Assembly: GCA_046542845.1 (NCBI GenBank)
Contig: JBKHAN010000008.1
Span: 3,669-67,668 of the forward strand
Direction: 5' to 3'
Length of the DNA: 64,000 nt
Source of the DNA: Spirochaetaceae bacterium
GTDB lineage: Bacteria > Spirochaetota > Spirochaetia > DSM-27196 > SKKC01
A program made the position numbers and the translations under genes. Under the pieces are notes generated by a model. It saw only the letters and a list, made by a program, of their open reading frames with translations. It ran no database searches and was not told where the DNA came from. Positions 17,860 through 27,022 of this stretch are shown piece by piece (the stretch's first letter is position 1; each line of letters starts with the position of its first letter).

Positions 17860-18579
17860 TCAGTATCTCCTCGATTCGTACGCGTGAACTGCCATTCGAA
17901 GCAGGACGGCGCTGAGACCGGCGAAGTAGAACAACGCATTGCCGTCTATCATGCCCTGGATAAAGGGGGTAAAACGGTACTCGAGGCTGAACTGACGCGA
18001 AACCCTTATTAGTTCCGACGGCAGACCTGCCATCTGTACAAGCGAATCGGCGTAGCTTAAAAGAGCAAACAGGAACAGCGATCCGAGCAAGGCGACAAGC
18101 TGGCTCCGCGTAAGCGACGAAACGAATACGCCGAGCGATACAAGGACCGCGCTAACCGTAAAGAGCCCGAGTGTTTGCGATACAGTGAGCCCGAACGGTA
18201 CATCACCCATGAGTGAGAGCGACAACGGTATCAGCGTATCGATAAGAATAAACACGCTCACAAAGGCATATACCGCCAAAGCTTTGACGAGAATGATAAA
18301 TGACGATGAAACGGGAAGGGTTCTCAAAAGGAGATCTATGCCCGTTTTTTTTTCCTCCGAACACACTCTCATCGTGAGCGCAGGCACAACAAGCGATAAT
18401 ACCGCGAGCCAGGAGCCGTAGAGACGCGAAAGATCGAGGACTTCTGCCTCGACGAACAACCCGAAACGGAACTGATTGATAGCAGGAATAAAAAGCATAC
18501 ACAGTGCAGCAACCCAGCCGTGCACCGAATGTACATAAACTCTGAACTCGCGGCGGAACGCCGCCATGAACCGGGTCAT
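17860..18579 (-). CDS. GldF-like ABC-2 permease
   Basis: Multi-TM; REFRVY, PALTMR..SEEKKTG..LL.TLP and SSLTRSQLVA motifs. Confidence 0.85.
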   Translation of the reverse strand: MTRFMAAFRREFRVYVHSVHGWVAALCMLFIPAINQFRFGLFVEAEVLDLSRLYGSWLAVLSLVVPALTMRVCSEEKKTGIDLLLRTLPVSSSFIILVKALAVYAFVSVFILIDTLIPLSLSLMGDVPFGLTVSQTLGLFTVSAVLVSLGVFVSSLTRSQLVALLGSLFLFALLSYADSLVQMAGLPSELIRVSRQFSLEYRFTPFIQGMIDGNALFYFAGLSAVLLRMAVHAYESRRY

Positions 18580-19547
18580 ACCTCGGATCCCCCGCCGCTC
18601 ACGTCTGAACCGCCGGTCGTTATTTCATACAGGTCCTGAACCGATCGCCGCGGAGTCGTCAGACTGGCAATAGGTATTCCTTCACTCACCGCCCACGAGA
18701 GCAGTTGCTGCCGGCTTCCCCGGTCATCAAGCGCGAAGTCAATGATCTGCCCGTCCTCACGTACGTGGATCGATTTTACACGTGCCGGCGCACGTAACAG
18801 GACCTGCTCCTCGACCGCGCTCGTTTCGCTCAGGTCTACCACCATCCGGAGGATCTGCACCTCGGGACCGAGAAGATCAGTGGTGGAACCTGAAGCCACG
18901 ACAGAACCGTCTGCGAGCACAAGCAGATCGCTGCAGAGCGTTTCAACCTCAGGAAGGCTGTGCGAACTGAAAACGACAGCGGCATCTTCCGATAAACGAC
19001 GAACAAGCGCCGCGAACGAGGCTTTCTGTTTCGGGTCAAGTCCGGAGGTCGGTTCGTCGAGAAGAACCACCGTCGCCCCGGTCACGAGAGAACCCGCGAG
19101 TATCACGCGTCGTCGGTACCCTTTACTCAACGATTCGTAGTCACGATTTACTACCGCGGAAATCTCACAGGTCTCAATGGCTCTGCTCATTCGGCTATCT
19201 AGAACCTTCCCGCGGAGGTTCATGACACCACCGATGAAACAGAGGTACTCTCGCGGTGTGAGATATGAAAAGGGAGGAGATTCCTCCGGCACGAAGGCAA
19301 CATGACGCCGCCAGCGGGCGTCCGATTCATTGGACCAGATCCCGTTTATCGCCACCCTCCCTTCATCCGGAAGAATGGCACCGGCGATTACGCTCATGAG
19401 GGTTGTTTTACCAGCACCGTTAGGACCGAGCAGACCAAGTATTCGGCCCTTTTGCGCGGTAAACGAGACCTTCTTAAGCGCACGGAGCGAACCGAACGAT
19501 CGTGAAACGCGGTCAACAATCAATGTCGGCGTCCGGTCGGTTTTCAT
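18576..19547 (-). CDS. GldA-like ABC ATPase
   Basis: GPNGAGKTT, LSKGYRRRV signature, LLDEPTSGLDP and SSH. Confidence 0.92.
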   Translation of the reverse strand: MKTDRTPTLIVDRVSRSFGSLRALKKVSFTAQKGRILGLLGPNGAGKTTLMSVIAGAILPDEGRVAINGIWSNESDARWRRHVAFVPEESPPFSYLTPREYLCFIGGVMNLRGKVLDSRMSRAIETCEISAVVNRDYESLSKGYRRRVILAGSLVTGATVVLLDEPTSGLDPKQKASFAALVRRLSEDAAVVFSSHSLPEVETLCSDLLVLADGSVVASGSTTDLLGPEVQILRMVVDLSETSAVEEQVLLRAPARVKSIHVREDGQIIDFALDDRGSRQQLLSWAVSEGIPIASLTTPRRSVQDLYEITTGGSDVSGGGSEV

Positions 19548-20492
19548 CTAATCAGAACCTCTATACTCCACGGTAAGCTGCATTCGGTCCCGCGTCAGAA
19601 AACTGTCCGGGAACACTCGCTTCGCTTCTTTCAACAGCACCTTCAGTTCATGATCCGTATAACGGGGACTGTAGTGAATCAGCCCCAGACCGCCGACGCC
19701 CGGTGCAGTCGCTGCGAGCGTCCCTGCGTCCATCGCGGTCATGTGTTTCTTTGACACTGCACTTTCTCGCAGGCTCTCGTCAAACATACCCTCGCATATC
19801 AGCAGATCGCTCCCGGCGACTTCGTTTGTAAAGCTCTCGAGCTTTACGCTGTCGGTCAGAAATGTGACTTTGCGCCCCTTTCGCGCGGGTCCGACCACTT
19901 GCGAAGACTCGACGCTCCGACCGTCGGCAAGTGATACCGACTCACCTCTCTGTAGCACGGACCAGAGCGGACCTCGGGGTACACCCGCAGCAATCGCCGC
20001 TTCCGGGTCAAAGATACCGCTGCGATCGTCTTCTACGAATGAGTAGCCCACGCAGGTACGGGTGTGACGTGCCGGGAAACTGCGCACGTGAAAACCGTCA
20101 CCCCTGTAGGCAACACCGGGCACGTCGGGGTTTTCAATCTCCTGAACGATAATCTCATAATTGATATACATCTCCAGTACGCGGCGATTCGATTCGACAT
20201 ACTCACGTACGCGTGGTGGACCGATAATGTACAGAGGTTCCGTCCTATCCACCTGAGCGCTCAGCATAAGCATACCGGGAAGACCCGTAATGTGGTCCGC
20301 ATGGGTGTGAGTAATAAAAATCGCCGAAATCTTCTTCCATCTCAGGTTCAGTCGTCGCAAGGATATCTGTGTGCCTTCGCCACAGTCGAACAGAAACAGA
20401 TCCCCTTCCCTGCGTAGCAGCATAGAGGTCAAATGTCGATTCGGGAGGGGCATCATCCCGCCGCAACCGAGGATAAAGGCTTCAAGGTTCAT
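19548..20492 (-). CDS. rnz: Ribonuclease Z
   Basis: FDCGEGTQ, HTHADH, GVPRGP exosite, KHMTA and IHYSPRY. Confidence 0.95.
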   Translation of the reverse strand: MNLEAFILGCGGMMPLPNRHLTSMLLRREGDLFLFDCGEGTQISLRRLNLRWKKISAIFITHTHADHITGLPGMLMLSAQVDRTEPLYIIGPPRVREYVESNRRVLEMYINYEIIVQEIENPDVPGVAYRGDGFHVRSFPARHTRTCVGYSFVEDDRSGIFDPEAAIAAGVPRGPLWSVLQRGESVSLADGRSVESSQVVGPARKGRKVTFLTDSVKLESFTNEVAGSDLLICEGMFDESLRESAVSKKHMTAMDAGTLAATAPGVGGLGLIHYSPRYTDHELKVLLKEAKRVFPDSFLTRDRMQLTVEYRGSD

Positions 20493-20510
20493 AAGTTCAG
20501 TATTCCGCGA

Positions 20511-21683
20511 TCAACCGCCGGTAGCGATATCAGCTTCGTAATCAACGCCTGCTATGTCAAAACCGTGTATGGCGAGAAACTCGTGCCGGTATCCCGGAAG
20601 ATCGGTGTATTTCTCGAGCGTATCCTGTGTGACGAGTCCCCAGACATCGAGGACTTCCTTCTGTATGTCCTCGCGCATCTCCCAGTCGTCAACGCGGATA
20701 CGGCCATGCTCGTCGGTCGGAACATCCGTGCCACCATGCAGGCGTTCCGCGAAGAGGCGATACATCTGCTGCGTACAGTCCTCGTGGAGGCCGTGTTTCT
20801 TCATGACCTTGAACAGAATCGCGAGATACAGGGGGACCACCGGAATGACGGCGCTTGCACGCGTGACCACCGCCTTGTTAACCGACACAAAAGCCCGAAC
20901 ACCCCGTGCAGACAGTCGCCCTTCTATCTCTGCGGCCGTCGCTTCGAGGTGATCCTTTGCACGACCGATCGTGCCGTTCCGATAAACGGGATAGGTGATC
21001 TGAGGCCCGATGTAACTGTATGCCGTCGTGACAGCGTTTTCGGCAAGAACCCCTGCCCCGGACAGCGCATCCATCCACAGAAGCCAGTCTTCGCCACCCA
21101 TGACCTTGACGGTATGCTGAATTTCTTCTTCCGTTGCAGGCTCTATGGTAACGTGTGTCAGCTGTCCTTCGATAGGATCAATGCTGCGCTCACTGAAAGG
21201 TTCACCGATCGGTTTGAGCGCTGACCGGTACTGTTCACCCGTTGCAGGATCGGTGCGGACCCCGGAGGCCAGGCTGTACACCACCATGTCGACGGTGCCG
21301 AACATCTCCCGAATCGTTTCGATAGCCTGCTGTTTAATCTCGTCGCTGAACGCGTCTCCCATAATGGTTTTCGCGGGCAGCCCCCGCTCCTGGAGCCTGT
21401 GATCAAGATGGGCCGATGTATACCAGCCGACGGTGCCGGTGCGTTTTTCCGTCGGCGGACGTTCGAATGCGATGTTCAGGCTTCCCGCGCCTCCGTTCAC
21501 ACCAGCCACAAGACGACTCGAAAGACCGTAACCGCCGGACCCTCCAATTACCAGAACGTTACGGGGCCCGTCGAACGACGGTTGTTTTTCCGCCCACGCG
21601 ATCTGCTCGTCAACCCACGCGGCGCTACCCGCGGGATGTGCGTTCATGCACAGGTTGTTTCTAATCATTGGTTTTATAATCAT
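20511..21683 (-). CDS. fabV: Enoyl-ACP / trans-2-enoyl-CoA reductase FabV
   Basis: NAHPAG, GGSGGYG, GDAFS, YSLAS, TVKVMGGEDW and YRNGTIGRAK. SD AAGGAG upstream. Confidence 0.93.
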   Translation of the reverse strand: MIIKPMIRNNLCMNAHPAGSAAWVDEQIAWAEKQPSFDGPRNVLVIGGSGGYGLSSRLVAGVNGGAGSLNIAFERPPTEKRTGTVGWYTSAHLDHRLQERGLPAKTIMGDAFSDEIKQQAIETIREMFGTVDMVVYSLASGVRTDPATGEQYRSALKPIGEPFSERSIDPIEGQLTHVTIEPATEEEIQHTVKVMGGEDWLLWMDALSGAGVLAENAVTTAYSYIGPQITYPVYRNGTIGRAKDHLEATAAEIEGRLSARGVRAFVSVNKAVVTRASAVIPVVPLYLAILFKVMKKHGLHEDCTQQMYRLFAERLHGGTDVPTDEHGRIRVDDWEMREDIQKEVLDVWGLVTQDTLEKYTDLPGYRHEFLAIHGFDIAGVDYEADIATGG

Positions 21684-21789
21684 AATTCTACGCTCCTTAC
21701 GCGCTGTGGCCAGTATGGTAGCCCGCTCGCCGGACGATATTCAAGTTCCCGCGTTGACGTCTATATGGCAGCCTCTATATCGTACGGTC

Positions 21790-23157
21790 ATGAGCAAGAA
21801 ATCGGTAGCCGTGCGAGTCTGGGATTCGCTGAATGAAGCGGAGCGCAGGCGTATACTTCGCCGGTCGGAAGAAGACATAGACAGGCTGATGGAAGAAACA
21901 GGGACGCTTCTCGAGGACGTTCGACGCCGGGGTGACGCGGCACTCCTCGAACTGGCCCATACCCACGACAATGCGGTTATTCCGGTGGGTGGTATTCGCG
22001 TAACCGAGCAGGAATTCGAGCGTGCCGAGCAGACCTTGCCGGCCGAAGTCCGGGACGCATTGAGCATCGCCATAGAGAATGCACGTAATTTCCATGAAGG
22101 ACAGCTGACCCACGGGTTTCGCATGACTGCGATTCGTCCCGGGGTACTCGCGGGAGAGCGAGTACATCCAATCGACTCGGTGGGAATCTATGTGCCGCGG
22201 GGACGAGGAAGTTTCCCGAGCATGTTGTATATGGCTGCCGTTCCAGCGCGCATTGCGTCTGTTCCGAGAATCGCGATCTGCACGCCTGCACTGCCCGACG
22301 GCAGCGTCGACCCTGCCTGCCTGGTGGCAGCACGCCTGTGCGGGATTCATGAAGTGTACCGCACAGGCGGCCCGGGAGCCATCGCGGCGCTCGCCTACGG
22401 AACCGAGACAATAGCACCGGTACGAAAAATCCTCGGTCCCGGAAGCGCGCGAGTGACCGCGGCTAAGCGGCTCCTGGCTACCGTTGTCGACGTCGGAATT
22501 CCCGCCGGACCCACCGAAAGCATGATCATTGCAGATAAGCACGCCGATCCGGTCTACATCGCTGCCGACCTAATGAACGAAGCGGAGCATGGAGCAGACT
22601 CCCAGGCCTTGCTGCTGACGCCAAGCGCGTCGCTTGCCGAGGCCGTTATGGAAATCGTTCCCGAGCTCATGCGCAGACTACCTCCGGATCGGGCGGAGTT
22701 CGTTCAACGTGTACTCAACGGGATTGGCGGCATAATCATCACCCGTGATCTGGACGAGGCTTGCGAGGTCGCCAATCTGTACGCTCCGGAACATTTAATG
22801 ATACAGACGGAAGAGCCCTGGGTCACAGCCGAGGCTATTGCGAATGCGGGTGAGATCCTGCTCGGCCCGAACATTCCCTTCAGCATGGCCAACTACGCGA
22901 CCGGGGTCAATGCGATCCTTCCCACCGGCGGTTGGGCACGCACATGGGGCAGCATTTCAGTACACGATTTTACCAAACGGACCTCCATAGTCGATGTGTC
23001 GAAATCCGGATTCGCAGCGCTTGCGCCGCACACGGCGTGCCTGGCGGATTACGAGGGATTCCCGGCGCATGCAACGGCAGTTCGTATCCGGATGTCCGGC
23101 GCACCGGAATCGTTCTGGAATGAACTCGACGCCTCGGTTGACCCGTCAGGCTCTTGA
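21790..23157 (+). CDS. Histidinol dehydrogenase-family protein (non-canonical HisD paralog)
   Basis: VGIYVP, AYGTETI, PAGPTE, AADL..EAEH, APEHL, LPTGG and EGFPAH. Several ligand positions are substituted (see findings). Confidence 0.8.
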   Translation: MSKKSVAVRVWDSLNEAERRRILRRSEEDIDRLMEETGTLLEDVRRRGDAALLELAHTHDNAVIPVGGIRVTEQEFERAEQTLPAEVRDALSIAIENARNFHEGQLTHGFRMTAIRPGVLAGERVHPIDSVGIYVPRGRGSFPSMLYMAAVPARIASVPRIAICTPALPDGSVDPACLVAARLCGIHEVYRTGGPGAIAALAYGTETIAPVRKILGPGSARVTAAKRLLATVVDVGIPAGPTESMIIADKHADPVYIAADLMNEAEHGADSQALLLTPSASLAEAVMEIVPELMRRLPPDRAEFVQRVLNGIGGIIITRDLDEACEVANLYAPEHLMIQTEEPWVTAEAIANAGEILLGPNIPFSMANYATGVNAILPTGGWARTWGSISVHDFTKRTSIVDVSKSGFAALAPHTACLADYEGFPAHATAVRIRMSGAPESFWNELDASVDPSGS

Positions 23158-23183
23158 TACATGGCGAAGTGGAGACGCTTTTG

Positions 23184-24617
23184 ATGCAGGCAGACATGAA
23201 CAATCAGAGGATTCCGGACACAGGAGACCAGGTTTTCGCGTATATAGAGTCGTTTACGAACCTGGAACGCGGGGTGTTTCGACCACGCGAGTACCGGCTG
23301 GAGCGCATGGAACGACTTCTGTCGGATTTCGGAGACCCGCACGTCGGGCGAACAACAGTGCATCTGGCCGGTTCCAAAGGAAAGGGTTCAACTGCATGCT
23401 ACGTTGCCGCCGGTGTAGCGGCCAGGGGTTATACGGTAGGTCTGTACTGTTCACCCCACGTGAATGATTACCGGGAGCGGATCTCCATAAACGGCCGGGC
23501 TGCCCCAGAAACGACAATCGTGTCCTGCGGGAGGGAAATCTACGACTACGTCCTGCTTCAAAAATCAGCCGGAACGAGCGAAAGCCATCTGCCTACGACT
23601 TTCGAACTGCTCACGCTGCTCGCGTTCCTGATCTTCCGTCACGAAAACCTTGACGTACAAGTACTCGAAACAGGCCTCGGCGGCAGACTCGACGCTACAA
23701 ATCTCTGCAAACCCGACCTGACACTCATTACCCCTATAGAGCGCGAGCATACCGAGTACCTCGGCAACAAACTGACCGGAATCGCGCGGGAAAAGGCCGG
23801 TATCCTCAAGCCCGGGATTCCCGTGTGCATCGCGCCACAACGGCCTGTCGTCCGAAAGACCATCCGCACGATCGCCGAACAGCGGGGGTGTCCGGTGCTC
23901 TGGGACGGCCGAAAACTTGGTATACGGAACCTGCGTCTCAGCGCATCGGGAACCGAATTCAGCCTGCGCGGGCCCGACGGCATTCGGTTTGATACGAGAA
24001 TACGAATGCTCGGAGCTCCCCAGGCAGAGAATGCCGCCCTCGCGCTGGTCGCCCTGAAATACCTCTATCCGGACGAAACGGACGCGGAACTGCTTTCCTC
24101 GATCGCTGAAGCCGGCCTTCCCGGGAGAATGGAACTTCTCGAGTCGCATGGGTCAACCGGAACCCGAATACTCCTCGACGGTGCGCACACGCCAAACTCG
24201 ATTGATCGCTTATGCGTTGCGGCCACATCGGTACTCGGTGATACCTGGACGGTCATTTTCGGCAGTGTCCGTGGAAAGGACCATACGACCATGGCTGAAC
24301 GCCTTTCCCGAGATGCGGCGAACGTCATTGTCGCTCGCCCCGGCACGTTCAAGCCTTCCGACCCGGAGTCTATCTACTCCGCGTTCGTTTCGCACAACGT
24401 GCCGACAAGCCTCCGAATCAGTCCTGACGACGCACTCGAATACGCCCTTTCTCTGCCGTATCCCGTGCTGGTATGCGGGTCGTTCTACCTGGTCAGCGAG
24501 ATCCGAGCGCTCTGCATGAAGGCGGGGCTTCTGAACAGCGAGTTTGATCTGTTCCGAACGCAATCGAGCTCGCCCAGCCTGCCTTTATCCGACACCCACG
24601 CGGGCGATATCACCTGA
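23184..24617 (+). CDS. folC: Folylpolyglutamate/dihydrofolate synthase
   Basis: HLAGSKGKGS, SPHV...ERI, ETGLGGRLDATN, EKAGI, PGRME, LDGAHT and GSFYLV. SD GGAG before the ATG at 23184; alternative start at 23154. Confidence 0.92.
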   Translation: MQADMNNQRIPDTGDQVFAYIESFTNLERGVFRPREYRLERMERLLSDFGDPHVGRTTVHLAGSKGKGSTACYVAAGVAARGYTVGLYCSPHVNDYRERISINGRAAPETTIVSCGREIYDYVLLQKSAGTSESHLPTTFELLTLLAFLIFRHENLDVQVLETGLGGRLDATNLCKPDLTLITPIEREHTEYLGNKLTGIAREKAGILKPGIPVCIAPQRPVVRKTIRTIAEQRGCPVLWDGRKLGIRNLRLSASGTEFSLRGPDGIRFDTRIRMLGAPQAENAALALVALKYLYPDETDAELLSSIAEAGLPGRMELLESHGSTGTRILLDGAHTPNSIDRLCVAATSVLGDTWTVIFGSVRGKDHTTMAERLSRDAANVIVARPGTFKPSDPESIYSAFVSHNVPTSLRISPDDALEYALSLPYPVLVCGSFYLVSEIRALCMKAGLLNSEFDLFRTQSSSPSLPLSDTHAGDIT

Positions 24618-24629
24618 GAGCGCCGCACC

Positions 24630-26066
24630 ATGAGTATGAACTGGCGAGAGATAGATGCGGTTCTCGAAGAGCTTGATCTTCCCGGGTACCATGTACAGCA
24701 GCTTTATCAACCGGACTTTCGTAATCTGGTTCTCGAACTCTACCGTCCCGGCGACCGGCTGTTTCTTCTGGTCTCCTTCGAACAGGGTCGTACCCGCATG
24801 CACAAAACGTCACGTAAACCGAAAAAAAGTCGAACCGTGCAACGGTTTGAGGCCCTGTTAAAGTCACGGATCCGCGGTGGCCGGATTGTGTGCGCAGAGC
24901 AGCCGGGCGGCGACCGCATTGTATGCATAACGATCGACCGCGCCGGAGAGCGCACGCTGCTCTGGCTCCGCCTCTGGGGCGGCGCCGCTAATCTCATCGC
25001 TACCAGACCGGATGGAGTCATCCTCGACTGTTTTTATCGCCGTCCAAAACGTGGTGAAGTCTCAGGGGCAATCTTTGACACCGGCGGTATCGGCATGCCG
25101 ACGAACGGTGACCAGAGAAAAAAACAGCAGTTTTCCGTCCGTGAGCATCCTGATACGCAAAGCCTGAACGAGTTTCTCGATGCATATTACGCCGAAGAGG
25201 CGCGGGCCGAGTCGATAGAACAGGTGCGCAGCGAGTGCAGTGCTCTTATCCGGCGACGAGAAGCATCGTTACAGGCCCGCCTCGACGATATTATCCGAGG
25301 ATTGTCCGTTTCCGACGACGCGGAGCGGTACCGCCACCACGGAAACCTGATTCTCGCAGCTCTGCATACGATCAAGGACGGCGATGAACGGCTTACGACG
25401 GAAGACTGGGCCAACGATAACGCCCCGATAACCATCAACCTCGACCCTTCAGTAAGCCCGGGTGAACACGCACAGAACCTCTTTCAAAAAGCTCAGAAAG
25501 CGGAGCTTCAGAAACAGGACCTGCGGATGAAACAGCAGGAGCTGTCGAACGTTCTGTCGGAACTCAGGTCGACCTACGATACCGTGCAGAACAGCAACTC
25601 TATCCGTGAATTACTCTCGATACGATCACGCGTTGCGCCAAGCGCACCGGACAAGGACCGTTCAAAAGGGCCTCAGGTACCGGGACTTCGCTTTGAAAGC
25701 GCAGGTTTTACGCTTCTTGTCGGTCGTAATGCCCGAGAAAACGATACCTTGCTTCGGCGTCACGTACGCGGAAATGATCTGTGGCTTCACACCAGGGATT
25801 ATCCCGGGGGTTATGTATTTATCCTGCACCGCGGCAATAAGTCTCCACCGCTTGAAACACTGCTCGACGCGGGACATCTCGCGGTACACTACAGCCAGGC
25901 TTCCAGCGAATCACGAGTAAATCTGTACTATACTCCGGTGAAATATCTGCGTCGTGCCCGAGAAGCACCGACAGGTACGGTTATTCCAACACAGGAGAAG
26001 AACCTCGAGGTACACGTGGACAACGCCCGCCTCAGAAAGCTTCTCTCCCAGCAAAGCCGATATTGA
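24630..26066 (+). CDS. rqcH: NFACT/Rqc2 (fibronectin-binding protein A family) ribosome quality-control factor
   Basis: NFACT-N (DRIV...LWGGAANLI), coiled coil (LDPSVSPGEHAQ), NFACT-R (VGRNARENDTL...WLHTRDYPGGYV). Confidence 0.85.
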   Translation: MSMNWREIDAVLEELDLPGYHVQQLYQPDFRNLVLELYRPGDRLFLLVSFEQGRTRMHKTSRKPKKSRTVQRFEALLKSRIRGGRIVCAEQPGGDRIVCITIDRAGERTLLWLRLWGGAANLIATRPDGVILDCFYRRPKRGEVSGAIFDTGGIGMPTNGDQRKKQQFSVREHPDTQSLNEFLDAYYAEEARAESIEQVRSECSALIRRREASLQARLDDIIRGLSVSDDAERYRHHGNLILAALHTIKDGDERLTTEDWANDNAPITINLDPSVSPGEHAQNLFQKAQKAELQKQDLRMKQQELSNVLSELRSTYDTVQNSNSIRELLSIRSRVAPSAPDKDRSKGPQVPGLRFESAGFTLLVGRNARENDTLLRRHVRGNDLWLHTRDYPGGYVFILHRGNKSPPLETLLDAGHLAVHYSQASSESRVNLYYTPVKYLRRAREAPTGTVIPTQEKNLEVHVDNARLRKLLSQQSRY

Positions 26067-26090
26067 ACGCACGTCAGGAATCGCCATACT
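26063..26090 (+). promoter_or_regulatory. Possible leaderless sigma70 promoter
   Basis: TTGAAC-N16-CATACT, 6 nt before the ATG at 26097. Confidence 0.4.
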
Positions 26091-26096
26091 TAAGGC

Positions 26097-26960
26097 ATGG
26101 GAAGTGTTGGCGAACGGCTTGTTCGCGAAGCGGTGCTTGAGGGATTGTTCTATCCACACAGACGACACGATCTGCGCGAGGCGATATCCAATCTGCTGCT
26201 TCGTTCCGAGGAGCCGGCGGGCCACGCGAGGGGTATCGTATGTCCGCACGCCAGCCTCCAGTATGCCGGACTCCATGAAGCGACCGCATTCAAGGCGGCT
26301 GCGGCACGGGACATACAGCTAATCGTAATTCTTGCGTCGGCTACGCACCACACGAAACGCACACCGGCAGTGCCTGAATCACAGGCGTTTCGGACCCCGC
26401 TCGGAGACAGCATTATTGATCAGGAGTTTATTCGCGACCTGACAACCCGGCTCCCGACGCTACGGAAAGACGATTTACCGTTCCTTGAGTCGCCTGCCGT
26501 TGAAACACCGCTGCCTTTTATACAGTACTTGTGGCCGGAATCTCGTATCGTGCCCTGCATTATACCCAACCTGAAAACAGCGGATGCCGCCATTCTAACC
26601 GCGGAACTCTTGAAAACCCAGAGACGTTACGACTCTGATCGCGTGCTATGGATTGCTTCTACCAATATTGCCCGCGGAGGAAACGCCAACCATACCCGCC
26701 GTCACGCCGACCGCATATTGAAACTGTTGCGAGTGCGTGGTGCCGTTCATGAGACAGCAGCAGCGCCGATCTCCGGACACAACGCCGGGTACCCTGCAGA
26801 AACCGTTTGCACGCTGTTAAAGAGCTGTGTCGGCTCCCGTACGTCCTGTGAAGTTCTGACCAGAGGCTCCAGTTGCGATTTTGACGGAAACTCCGAATCA
26901 AATACCGAGTATGCCGCGATAGCGTTCTTCGCCGAGTCGGAGATTCGTGACACACCGTAA
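26097..26960 (+). CDS. MEMO1 / AmmeMemoRadiSam protein B homolog, degenerate
   Basis: VREAVLEGLFYP, IVCPHASLQYAG, FRTPLG, E.PLPFIQY, WIAST and C-terminal EYAAIAF. Confidence 0.75.
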   Translation: MGSVGERLVREAVLEGLFYPHRRHDLREAISNLLLRSEEPAGHARGIVCPHASLQYAGLHEATAFKAAAARDIQLIVILASATHHTKRTPAVPESQAFRTPLGDSIIDQEFIRDLTTRLPTLRKDDLPFLESPAVETPLPFIQYLWPESRIVPCIIPNLKTADAAILTAELLKTQRRYDSDRVLWIASTNIARGGNANHTRRHADRILKLLRVRGAVHETAAAPISGHNAGYPAETVCTLLKSCVGSRTSCEVLTRGSSCDFDGNSESNTEYAAIAFFAESEIRDTP

Positions 26961-27022
26961 GCTTCCATTTTTGGCCGGCTCTCGTTACATTACCACTCGG
27001 GTAAGAGAGGTCATATCGAGCC

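Noticed and set aside
18345-18353. T9 run in the gldF-like gene (and the A8 run at 8108-8115) as phase-variation or frameshift sites
   Set aside because: Both are in-frame Glu/Lys codons, the ORFs are intact and the runs are short.
26035-26063. Second GCCGATAT upstream of the MEMO-like gene as a sigma28 promoter
   Set aside because: It lies within the rqcH coding end and has no TAAA-like -35 at 15 nt; a sigma70-type leaderless arrangement fits as well.
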